DNA from: Azolla caroliniana
Lineage: Eukaryota > Plantae > Polypodiophyta
Direction: 5' to 3'
Assembly: GCA_043228905.1 (NCBI GenBank)
Contig: JBHGNT010000005.1
Coordinates: forward strand, 9,300,001-9,364,000
Length of the DNA stretch: 64,000 nt
Position 1 is the stretch's first letter. Each line of letters opens with the position of its first letter. Made by a program: the position numbers and the translations under genes. Under the pieces are notes generated by a model that saw only the letters and a list, made by a program, of their open reading frames with translations, searched no databases and had not been told where the DNA came from. This document shows, piece after piece, positions 37,822 through 53,293 of the stretch.

Positions 37822-40724
37822 ATTGTAGCATGGAGCAACAAGAAGAAGTCGACAATGGCCCTATTGAGCATTGAGGCTGAGTATAGAGGAGCCACTGTCG
37901 CGACCTGTGAAGCTATATGGCTTCATCGACTATTGTAGGACTTACAGGTCGAAGTTCCCACTCTAATCCCAATCTACTGCGACAACATCAGTAGCATGCA
38001 GTTGGCAAAGAACCTCGTTTTCCATGCTCATACGAAGCACATAGAAGTGCATTATCACTTTGTGTGCGAGCGGGTCTTGAGCGGTGAAGTCGAACTCCGG
38101 TATGTTCGAATGGATCGACAGGTGGTCGACATCTTCACCAAGGCACTCGGATTGATTGGACAAGTTGCGACACTTTTCGGAGATGCTTGGGTTACGACAT
38201 CTCGACGTGCCGCACTTGAGTGGGAGAACACGTGGAACAATAGGGGGAGAGTAACAGGAGGAAGCCAAAGAAGATGGTGACACATTCGGAAGAGCTGGAG
38301 CAAGTGGAAATTGCGGTAGAGTCAAGAAGGACAGAGTCGACCAGAAGAAAAAGGCCAAGACCAAGGCATGGTTTGACGTATTTAAGGGCATGAAAATAAA
38401 AGACGAATTGGAGATAGCCAATTCAAATAAGAGTGGGAACGAATCGGAGACAACCGATTCGGTTGAGAAGTTCGATTCGGAAGAGCCGAATTTCATGAAA
38501 GCCAAGTAGACAGGGAGGCAACCAAAGCCAACATTGAAACAAAGGAGTACACAGGTGAAGGGGCATTGATGCTGTGACAACAAGGGAGCTGAGATGGGCC
38601 TAATGAGCAGACAAGTTGACCGAGGAGGTCGAGATGCGCGGGACCGGATGGGTCGAGGAGCACAAGCAAGCCGTGAAGACGCCAAGAGGAGCCGGAGACA
38701 AGGACCGACGAATGCTGACACAGAAGACCGACCTCAAGTTGAGCTTAAGGGTGAGTGTTGAACGAGCAAGCTCAACGTGGGCCGGATCGGCTAAACAAGC
38801 TGAGAGCCGGATCGGATGAAGACCGATCTGCTAGGCTCAAATCGGAGCTGGAACAGAGAGTCGGATCGACATGTGAGCCGGTAGGCCGTTAGAGGCCCAC
38901 ACATCTAGATTAGTAGGTAATCATAGTTTTGGGAGTTAGTATCAGTAACTCAGTTATGAGCATTGAAGTACTTGTCAATACTTCTGACCATCCTTTATGG
39001 ACTTGTATAAAAGTGCTCATTGAGCACATTTGTATGTATAGAGTATTATTTTTGAAATTGAGTTTTTAGTCTTCTACTCTCTCTATCTCTCCCGCGTACC
39101 CTCTCTCCATTGTGTTGTTTTTCTGTTGATGTTCGGTTGAGCCGGACACACATTAATCTTTACATGATGAATCCAAACAATGTGTAGGATGAGGTAATTT
39201 ACCCATGACCACCATAATCGTCATGGAATTGTAAAATTAGAAAAATGAGCATTACGGCTTCCTTCACGTTCTTCGACAAAGAGAGATTTTCCCTTTTGAA
39301 ATGCATGGTGAATTTGAGATGCTAGTTAAAAAATTTGTATGATAAACCCTAAGCGTATACACACAATACAAGATGCACAACAAAAAATGAACTTGATATG
39401 GTACCACAATGATGACTCTATAGCTTAGACCCAACAACATGACACTACTCTCTTCCCAATCATTGAATATGTAATTCTCCCCTTCATGTCCTAGTTTTAT
39501 TCCTAAGTTTCATAAGGGGACTATACACTTACCGCTAAACTTGCGTATATGTGTATGATAGTCACGTTCGAATTGCCATGATCATTGCATTTGTGTTATA
39601 ATCCATGTGAATTACATTAACGCTCTGATTATTCGATGTTTAGAAATGTGATTAGTGTGGGTAAATAGCATTGTAATGTCACCTAATCATAATGTTAAAT
39701 CGTCTTAACCAATATAATTTTAAGCATGGTGGGTTTGATTGAGTTTGTGAAGGTGGCATCAGATAATATTTATCAAATGCAAAGGATTTGACCATATTAT
39801 GTTACCTTGGTACTCCTAGGGGTAATGTTTGATATTTTCTGTTCACCTTTTACATTTTGTTAGCAAATGAAGTTTCATAAGTGCACACTCCATGTCCTTT
39901 GAATTGATAAAGAGTATCCTTAAGATTAGGACATTAAACTAATCTCTTAAATTCAGGGTCATAAATATATGGGCAATACTTGACAATGACTAAATTGACT
40001 ATATCAACTAAAGGGTGTTGAGTGTCTTGAAATAAAACCAAGATTACAGGATAGTCATGAAACTTTAATAAAGAAAGACAACCAACCTTCGAGAAAAACG
40101 TAATTCTTCATCAAGGCCAAACTCACAAATGAAAAGGAGGTAACACGAGAGAAAAAAGGGAATTCTACAACCAAGAGGAAGAAAGACTTATGTAAAGACG
40201 AATTCACATGTTAGGGTTGTTATAGAGAATAGTTAGCTTGGAATAGATTTAGAATGAAAAATGTTTGTTTATGTATGATCAATTCATCCATCTGTGTATT
40301 GTATATTGGAAGTAAGAGTTTGTTCATATACAAGTGTGTAACAAAGTTTACCAAATATGAGTGTGCTACAATTGGGGAGTGTAATTGTTCATTGATTTAT
40401 AATAAGCTACCAAGTATATTCATGTGTAAATATAAGTCTCTCTCGGTAACAAGTGTGCTTATTGTGCTTGACTATGTGTGTACATCGTCTAATGGGTGAG
40501 ACATTATTAATTAAACGTTGTGCTATTAAGATGGTGACATGTATGGATGCATTTTGGAAAGAAAATTGAAAATTTGAAACTATTCAAACAAGGTAATTTA
40601 CAATGACATGTATCAAGTAATTTCTAAAAGTGCATAGAAATGCATATTAGATGATACTAAAGCATGTAGTTGAGAAAGAGAGAAAGGAAGAGGGGACACT
40701 TTGAAGTGTAAGGGGGGAGGGAGA

Positions 40725-40734
40725 CTATATAAAA
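40725..40734 (+). promoter_or_regulatory. Candidate TATA box of the nsLTP gene
   Basis: CTATATAAAA about 245 bp upstream of the ATG. Confidence 0.5.
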
Positions 40735-40970
40735 TGGGCGGGGGGGGGGGGGGGGGTTGATCAAAATAATTTGAAGAGACTTGAAGTGTGAAATTAGTGG
40801 TAGTAGTGGAAGAAGAAGAATACAAAGAAGTGACAACCTATTGTTTAGAACTGAAGAGAGGTTATTATCAATATTCTTAGGGGAAATAACAATACAATAG
40901 TAGTTTCAAGGAAAAGGTTTGAGTTATTATTATGGAGAAAGGATTAAATTTTGATTTTAACTATTTTAGG

Positions 40971-41709
40971 ATGGAGGCATCAATGAAGTTGGCTACAATG
41001 ATGGTATTGGTGGCAATGTTGTTGGGGATATTCGGTGTGGACGGGCAAGAGATATCGTGCGGAGATGTGACGTCAGATTTGGGGGCATGTGGGGAATATC
41101 TGACATCAGGCGGGACACCATCATCAGATTGTTGCCAAGGTGTGGTAGCAGTGTCAAGGTTGGCGACATCCCGAAGAGCGCGTCAATCCATTTGCCGATG
41201 CCTCGAGAGTGCTGCTAATGAAATCCAACCCCTCCCCTCTGCCATTAGTGCCCTCCCTTCCTTTTGTGGTGTCGCCTTCCCCTATTCCTTCTCGACCACC
41301 CAAGATTGCTCCAGGTATAAATTTAACCTCTCGCTCCCCCTCTCCCTCTCCTAGGCTATACAATTCTCTTTATATGTTCTCCATAAAGTTTGCCCACACC
41401 TCTCTCACTACAAGAATGACTACATTTTACTCTGTGCATATCTTTTTACTTGAAGTTTGTCATTGGCAAACACTCACAATTGGTTTTAAACCTCTTGCTC
41501 CAAGATTCTCTCTCTCTCTCTCTCTCTCTCTTTTTCGTAATTAGCTTACCCTAGTGGTAAACCCAATTTTCTCACTTCTCTCTATTATATACTTCTTATA
41601 TATCTCTTAATTCACTAGATGCCACTGTGGAATGTAGGGGTTGAACACATGACCACTTGGTCTCCATTGGGCAACTTTACCAATTGAGTTACATCAATTC
41701 TCTCTCTCT

Positions 41710-41744
<35 letters not shown>

Positions 41745-42938
41745 TCTCATTTTTTAATTTTTATTTTCAATGATTGGACATACATTCCATTATTGTAGTC
41801 AATTGTCTCATGGGCCAAATTTGGTCTTCGAAGACGTTAATATTTCTTTCTCTCTCTCTCTCTCTCTCTCTCAAGATCTCCTATAAGAAGATTTTGACAA
41901 TTCACCCATCTTACAATAATTTGCATGTTTTTGACGTTTCCACCATCATCTCTTACAAGAAGTCATGGACATTTCGTACCCACACCAAAGAATATCAAAT
42001 ACTTTTAGATATTACCCATCATTCCTCTAATATTTAATATTTTTCTTAGAGGAAATTTTAGATATCACCCATGATTATTCTCTCTCTAGATCTCACTATA
42101 CAACTCTTTCTCCTAGAGGTCATTTGGGCCTCTGAAAAGACTTTAATATAGTGTCTTTCTTTCTATAGTGCCTTTATATTATATTCGCTCTCTTTACTTT
42201 TTACCTTCATGGATTGGTTTTGTCCATGGCAAGCTATTCAGATGAATTCAAGATCAAGGATTCAATATATTTGTTTTGTCTAGTATCTCCTCTCCTCGGC
42301 TAATGTTATACTAATTGATTCAACTAAATGACCTTATGGTCACATAAACTTAACCCAACCATTTTAATTATAACATGAAGGTTGTAGTTATCTTTTTGTG
42401 TTGAGTCTCCAATGCTCCATACCTAGATAGCCCAAGTACACATGATATAAAGTGTATTATCTCATCTTCACCACCAAACTCTCATATTCATGTTGAAAAT
42501 TATAGGAAAAATCGAGAGACATCGAGCATTATCCAATGTTGGCACTGATATACATATGTGCTTAAAGTTGAATATTGTATGATAGTCAATTTCTAGAACT
42601 TACAACCACATGCCCCAAATCATCTAGCAAGGAGCCCGAGCCTCGCTTGTCACACACAAGCTCGTAAATAGTTGAATGTTTTTTAACCACACTTAGTTTG
42701 GTGCCCGAATTCAAAAGTGTTGAATGTTGTAAGGAAATATGGCCAATATGGTTATGTTTCAAGTGAGTCATGTGTTTGATTCCCCTCAACTACAAACTCT
42801 TTTTTATTGCATGCTCTTTGTATGAATACTAACTGGTTGTTTAATAACTAAAGAGTTTCTAGATCTTGTAGTCCTCATGTGCTCCACTAATTTTATTACT
42901 TACCATACATTTTTGGGGGGTTTTGCAGGATTGAGTAA
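40971..42938 (+). CDS. Type-1 non-specific lipid transfer protein, 117 aa, exons 40971-41314 and 42929-42938
   Basis: Hydrophobic signal peptide; 8-Cys motif C-X9-C-X13-CC-X19-CRC-X21-C-X13-C; AG|GTATAA donor 5 nt after the last Cys codon; candidate acceptor TTTTGCAG giving …DCSRIE-stop. Exon 2 is less certain than exon 1. Confidence 0.9.
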
Positions 42939-44570
42939 GTTGTACACATGATCAAGGATATCTATAAATACATATAAATTTTAAAAATAAAATATCTTCC
43001 ATGGCTATTTTTTTATAGCAATGAAGAAATACGTGTGTCACCAATATATAATTTCGTTTTGAATCCTGCTTATATATCAAACTATTGCAATTAGTTTAGA
43101 TTTGTATAACTGATTATTGATTATCAAAACAATGCATGTGTTATATACCATTGTGCCACATTGATATCAATTTGAATCCATGCATGCCTTCACAATTAAA
43201 TTTGGATATGTACTAAGTTTCGTGCTCATGGTGTCTCTTCCTAAAAGAAAAAAATGTTTGTCAAAAACCCTTCAATCTCCTTAATCATAACATGGATGAA
43301 GAAGAAGTGAACTATATGGCATGATCCTATTTATGATAAATTATCCATGAAGATCAACGCTCGTGCTATGACCATATTGTAACTGATTAAATGACATTCT
43401 ATCAAGCAATCTTTGTGGAGATTGAATCTTTAATTGTATATTTGTGTGTATGAAACATTTCACCCCTCCATGCTGGAAAAAGAAAATATGTTACTCTACA
43501 ATTGGTGAATGCACATAAGCTAGATTCTCGTTATCTTTAACCATGCAAATGCACAGGTGCCCCACTCTTTTTGGCCATTGACGAATTTGGAAAGAAGCAA
43601 TCTCGATTATTCATTTGTTAATCTCAAACCACTTGTTATGTTGAATCATTCTGAATATATTATCCTTAAAATAATCAAAATGGTATTCCACAACCCTTAG
43701 GCAATGGTATTCCACAGAAAGAGCAGCTAAGTGTTGCTGATAAGTGAGGCAAGATCACTATGTTTGTGTGAAAATCCTCGCATTGTGTAAGAGAGTGACA
43801 GAGATCATCATTCAAGGTCAAATGGTCTTGATTGTGCAATTCCTTTTATTATTAGCATTCCCAAGTTAGAGAAGGCAATGGTATTGTTTTGGATGACCTA
43901 TGGGTTGTGGAAAGTAAAAATTATGAAGCCTCGAATACACATGAAAATTATGAGAGTGCATGATCCCAAACTAACTAAAAAGGATGAAGCTTTTTATGAC
44001 CAGGAAAACAACACGACGAGAGAGACTTTGAACCAATAAGACGAGGCTTGCAAAGCGCAAGTTGCACTATCGCATTTGTCCATTCAGAGTTGCTAATCTT
44101 GTGGACCTTAACATATGCATGTATGTATATGTATATAGTATATGTATGTAGATATCTTTGGAGAGAAAAATGAATCAACTAGATAAGCAACTACTAACAT
44201 TTTAAAATACCTTATCGGGTCTTAGGTTGGTTCCTAGGCATATGAAAGGTAAAATGAACACTAATGCATCAAATTAACACTCTAGACCTAAGAAATGCAA
44301 ACAATACCATTGATTATGAAGGAATTTCAAGAATCTGGAAGCTGAAAGTGAATACTTTTAGAAGTAATGGCTTTAGTTATTGGTAAACTGTTAACATTGT
44401 TACTAATTTCTCTTTCCCAAGATCCAGTTGTGGATAAATATAGGCTAGGTTAGTACAAGAACTTGCATACCAAGAGTCCTCCATCTTGATGCACCAAATT
44501 TTCCATAGTATCAATGGTGGCACAATGAGAAATATCTTACTAGCTTGGTGATGGTTTCTTGAATGGTATT

Positions 44571-45174
44571 TGTGTTTAGGATCAGGATTGATCACATAGA
44601 CAATAACCAAACAAAACAGAATACAAATGGAAAAAAACAATGCACACAAGTTTTTACATGGAAACCCTAGGAAAAACCATGAGATCCTCAGTGTACCAAA
44701 ACTTCACTATGACAGAGTGTATAGATGTTCACAACTTCCCTAGATCACTAGGGGAATGTCCAAAACCTCAAGGCAGCAACCTTCGTCACTCTCAGTAGAA
44801 GAAATGGAAATAGTAAGAAACACAGAACAAAAGAACCTGGATAATAGAGTTGCCCACTGAGAGATGTTGATGCCACCATGCTTTTAGATTGTCTTTTGAA
44901 ACCACTACTGAGATCTGTGCAGAGTCCACTAACGTTGCTTGCTTTTGTTTGTCTTTTCTTTTCTGTCACACTCACAACAACGACACTCTGTTGTTCGCTT
45001 TTGCCTATATATATATATACATACATACATACATATATATATTGTGGTGTGCATGTGTTCCTTTGTGCCACCCTTTTAGCTCACCCTTTTTAGGATGCAC
45101 ATACCCAAGTTGACCCACCCTTTTAGCACACCCTTTTTAGCCAAGCCAACCCAAATGGGTTCCGTTGTATCAAC
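44571..45174 (-). mobile_element. Probable Copia-type LTR remnant (approximate ends)
   Basis: Minus-strand TGGTTTTTCC…GGGTTTCCATGTAAA motif resembling that in the 24861 LTR family; termini and TSD not resolved. Confidence 0.4.
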
Positions 45175-45245
45175 TATAAATTGATTAAGAAGTAAGAAGC
45201 TAAGTAGATTGGTTTTGATCTCTTATGTGCATTTCACAATATATA

Positions 45246-46244
45246 GGAAAGCGTTATTTGCCCCCCCTAAATAGTGCCCCATCGTTTTGGCTAAACCACC
45301 CCCCACCCCGCCGGTACATTCATCACCATAATCGTTGTCAATAACTTTCTTGGTACTGCGGGGGGAAATAGCCAAAATGGGGGGGCAAATGCATATCGCA
45401 AGTGCGTGCATTGTGACCAACTTGACCACATTTGGAACATTTGCGACCGGTAGAGTACTCAAATAGTGACTTCTCCATTTGGTTGGCCTTTTTGTTCTTC
45501 GACCCTGCAGGGCGACCTTGCTTCCTTGTCACCACCACTGGATTGGAGAGAGACTACAGTGGTGCCTAACTTGCTTCATCCAATCGTGTCATGAGAACAA
45601 CAACTTGGTCATCGTCGGTTTCATACAATCTTTGCTCGATGTTCCTCATCAAATGCTTTCTGGGAGACAAACATGGCTCAGCTATAGCGGCGGGTTGAAC
45701 CACTGAACACGCAATCAAGTGCCATTGACGGTGAATATCTTCAATATGGAATCTTTCATTTCTTTGGATGCATCTCAAAATGTCATGACAACATACAACT
45801 TGGTCATCGTCGGTTTCATACAATCTTTGCTCGATGTTCCTCATCAAATGCTTTCTGGGAGACAAACATGGCTCAGCTATAGCGGCGGGTTGAACCACTG
45901 AACACGTAATCAAGTGCCATTGACGGTGAATATCTTCAATATGGAATCTTTCATTTCTTTGGATGCATCTCAAAATGTCATGACAACATGGGACACCAAA
46001 ACTTGATCGAAACAACCCCGTACATTCATCACCATAATCGTTGTCAAAAACTTTCTTGTACTGCTCAAGTAGCTTGTCTAATGCGTGTTTGGATATCTTC
46101 TTTACTAGCGGCCTCATGAACTCGACTGCATGTCGATGTGAGAACTATCAGAGGATTTCTTTTTTTTTTCTTTTTTTTGAGGGGGGGGGGGGGGGGGTTA
46201 GCCAAAATGAGGGGGCGCTATTTAGGGGGGGCAAATAGTGCTTT

Positions 46245-46246
<2 letters not shown>
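45246..46246 (-). mobile_element. Non-autonomous Mutator-like element (1.0 kb)
   Basis: About 50-bp TIRs (GGAAAGC…TTTGCCCCCCCTAAATAG…TTTTGGCTAA) in TA repeats; internal transposase C-terminal fragments (GVPCCHDI…IHRQWHL; GRP…RKCSKCGQVGHNARTC). Confidence 0.85.

Positions 46247-46302
<56 letters not shown>
46247..46302. repeat. (TA)n microsatellite
   Basis: Pure TA run of about 56 bp. Confidence 0.95.
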
Positions 46303-46304
<2 letters not shown>

Positions 46305-46999
46305 CAATTAGAAAATCTCTCATCCAAATCAATTCCTTACTGGGCTCAATTACAGCCATATATTTAGCATCTATGGTTGACAAATCCATAACATTTTGCA
46401 ATCTTGATTGGTAAGACACAAGTACCCCTAGAAAAGTCATCACATGACCGGACGTTGAATGTCTGGAATCAACATCACCTGACATGTCAAAATCTATGAA
46501 ACCTTCAAGCATAGGTTTTCTGGAACCATACCTAAGGCATACACTTGAGGTGCCTTTTAGGTATCTTAGTATCTACTTGATTGCATCCCAATGCTCCGTA
46601 CCAAGATTACTCATGAATCGGCCGATTGTCCCAACAACAATGACAATGTTTGGCCTAATGCAAACATAACATACATTAAGCTACCCACAGTTTAGGCATA
46701 TGCCACCATTCTCTTGTCAAATTTGTCCTTCTCACATTTTGGACTTTCACCAGAATTTAGCTTAAAATTCATTGGTAGAGTAGAGCCAACAGGTTTTGCC
46801 TTGTCCAATTGAACCTTTGCAATACTTTTGTCACATATTTTTCTTGTGATAGCCATAACATATTTTTCTTCCTGTCTCAGACTATATGCATTCCCAAAAT
46901 CTATTTTGCTAGACCTAAGTCCTTCATAGCAAAGGACGTACTCAAAGCTTTCTTCAAGCTTCCAATCTTGTTGGCATCCTGACCAACAACCAACATATC
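46303..46999 (-). pseudogene. Copia RT/RNase H remnant of a different lineage
   Basis: LEGFIDFDMSGDVDSRHSTSG…YQSRLQ…ELIWMRDFL. Confidence 0.8.
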
Positions 47000-50629
<3,630 letters not shown>

Positions 50630-53293
50630 TGTTAACTTGCTGACAACCAACAATTGTAGTCAATAGACACAATAACTCAAACATCTTTCTTCTTAGAGTG
50701 TTCTATTAGGATGATTGTGGTGGAGAGATGGGTTGGTCAACACTAGTTCTACACTCAGAAAATAGGTGTACAGAAATTAATATTATGATTAAACATACGA
50801 TCCTAATCGACTATTAGCTATAATATAATCTATGTAGCAGAGGCTGAATTCAAACATACGGCACGATGACAGATAGTATATTAATCAAAATAGATCAATA
50901 CAAATACAATGCTCTTGGTCCCTTTTTATAGGTGACCCTAGAGTCTCTCTCCAAGATTTACATTCGCCTTGTTCGGCAAGAACCTACAATTATACCAAAA
51001 CCGTTCTATTTCCTAGTATTACTCTAATTTTTATACTTGGCAAAGTTACATTATATTCGAACTTTGTACTTTCACATTCTGACTCTTGTTTATACTCTTC
51101 AACTTCGACTATGACTCTTTTTCACATTCGTCCGACTCCAACCATTCAACTCCGGGTAGCCGACCGGCTAACACATGGCACACTCGTGGGACAGTGCCTT
51201 GCACAGTCGAACCCCACCCTTTTACTCCTGGTCGTTCCTTTCGTTGTTATCGGCAACTTGCTTGTCTTCAATCGGGTCATCGTCGCTGATGTCGCTTGTA
51301 TCCTCATTCAGTATGTCAAAAAGTGTTAGCTCCTCTTCACTTTAGTGTTAGTCAGATGCAGTTGGTTTTTTGTGTGAAGCTCCTCCACCAACTGCCCCGT
51401 CGATTTTGCCTCAGCCTCCTCCTACTCGGTGTCACCTGCGTTGCTTACTAGGATGGTTTGGCCAAATTCTTCTTGAGATGGTTCGTTGGCACCGATTGCC
51501 CCCAATTTGCGTGTCTGCTGACGAGGTTCTCTCTCGTAAGCATCGAGTTGCACATTAGTGTCCATCTAATGGTCGTCATATTCATCCATGAGCTTGGTGA
51601 TCTCTTCCTTATGGCTTCTGGAAAGCTCATATATGTCCTTAGTGAGCTCTTCCTGGATTTTGCCGATCACTGCGTCGTCCATCTTGAAGAAGCCTTGACC
51701 CTGCTTTTTCCGGTTTTCATTGTCAACTCGTAAAAGTTGTAATTCGGCCGCTTAGGCCGACCATGTCTTCTGACCTTTGTCTAGGGATTCAATGACCATC
51801 TGGCGCGTCTCGCTCTTGTGTGACGATAAGATGAGGCACACTTTTTCTTTTCTCATGCTTACTCTGTACTTCCTTCCGCATTTCGGAAATATGTACGTCT
51901 ACTGATCCTTGGTCGAACATCAGCTTTGCTTCTGCCATCAATAACACCAATCTCTTTTGTTCCTATTTCGCTTTGAACTCGGTGTGCTTCCTAGTTAGTT
52001 TGTCTTTCTCCAGTTCAAGCTTTTAGCACTGTGTTCAGAAAACTGTGCCTCCTGCATCTTAATATACAATTCGAGATCTTCGACCTTCTCCTGTTCTTCC
52101 TGCTTAGCCGTCGTATGTTGTTGTAGTTGTCGACTAAGGACCTTTATTTCTCCATCCTTGGCATCTAGGAGGGCCCCGAGTTGTGTTTTGTCTAACTCGA
52201 TTTGATCCTTCATTTTCTAAAACTTTTCTTTGGCTTTTTCTGCCCTCTAATTGGCACGTTCGGCTTCTTTCTCCATTGCTCGTAGCTGATCCCATAATCG
52301 TTTGTCTAGTACATGTGGGATTCCTTCAAAGTCAAAGTTTTGGAGATATTCGTTTACTTCTTTTAACTTTTCTTCTGCCTGTTGGAGTCAGGCCGACAAC
52401 TCTTCATTCTTCTTCTTGACTGTTGACCACTATATATGCATCAGGTTAGATGTTTTTGTCGCCCGTTTGCAAACTTCTGCCATTTCTTTTGCTGCCCTCG
52501 TGGTCTTTGCTAACTCTTGGTGTACTTCAATTAGAGTACTATCAAGAGAGGGCATTTGAATTGCCGTACCTTTTATTCTTGGCTTCATGTTGTCACCCGA
52601 TTCGTTGTAGTTCTCTTTCTTCTTCTGGTTCGAGGTCTCCGAGCATGGCCTTCTAGATCATTTCCCGATCATTATGTTCTTGTGCTAATTAATTAGTCAG
52701 AGGCAAATTGTAATCGCTTGGCTAACCAATCCACCATCTTGTAAGATGTGCCGAACTGGAGTAGAGCCGTGAATTCATGGACCGCTGGAGGAATATCAAG
52801 TAGTCCAAGAACCTCATTTGGGGAGATTGTCAACGCCTTCCCCTTCTTCATTGTTCCTCTCTAGGAAAGTTTGATTGGTTCTATAGTCGGTTGTTGTTGT
52901 TCAGCGAACAACTGCTCTTCAGCTCTACTTCTTTTCTTCAGTCGTCGTTCTTCTTGATTTGGTGGTTCATTGGAAACTGGTTTTGACACCAAACGCTAAC
53001 TCCTTTGTTTCATACGTTGTGATGGTCGTGATTATGCTTGTGGCCTACTAGCTTCTCATACTTGAGTCGACTGTCAAGTGTTGGGTGTCGGCTCAACTGG
53101 GTTTTGTGGTCGGTTGTTGGTTGTCAGTTGTCAGTGTGGGTTGTTGTTGGTTGTCGGGTTTGGGTGTGGGTGTTGGCTCTGGTTCTTGCCACGCTTCTCG
53201 CAGTACTGTTCTTCTTACCGAACCCTTCGACCGTGCTTGTGAAGACTGCCCCTTTTCCTTCTTCAAGGTCTTACGTCTTGTATCAATGACTAG
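50630..53293 (-). mobile_element. Gypsy E1: 3' LTR (about 50630-51050) and decayed extra-ORF region
   Basis: TGTTAAC terminus like 57255; shares the VQGTVPRxCHVL segment and coiled-coil character with 57690-58915. Confidence 0.6.

Larger units (their letters stand above)
29967..38230 (+). pseudogene. Copia A gag-pol, degenerate, interrupted at 31613 and 33833
   Basis: Gag (MDRSIASSLPTEKL), PR (WYVNSGASNHM), INT and RNase H (TKHIEVHYHFVCE) fragments; much of RT deleted near 33550. Confidence 0.9.
2604..39164 (+). mobile_element. Ty1/Copia element A (outermost of the nest), degenerate
   Basis: 5' LTR split into 2604-2902 and 29733-29868; Met-type PBS TGGTATCAAAG 29869-29879; 3' LTR 38756-39164 after a PPT; perfect TSD TGATG at 2599-2603 and 39165-39169. 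Confidence 0.9.

Noticed and set aside
40932-41354. 140-aa unspliced LTP ORF
   Set aside because: The N-terminal extension precedes the signal peptide and the C-terminus runs through a canonical splice donor into CT-rich intron.
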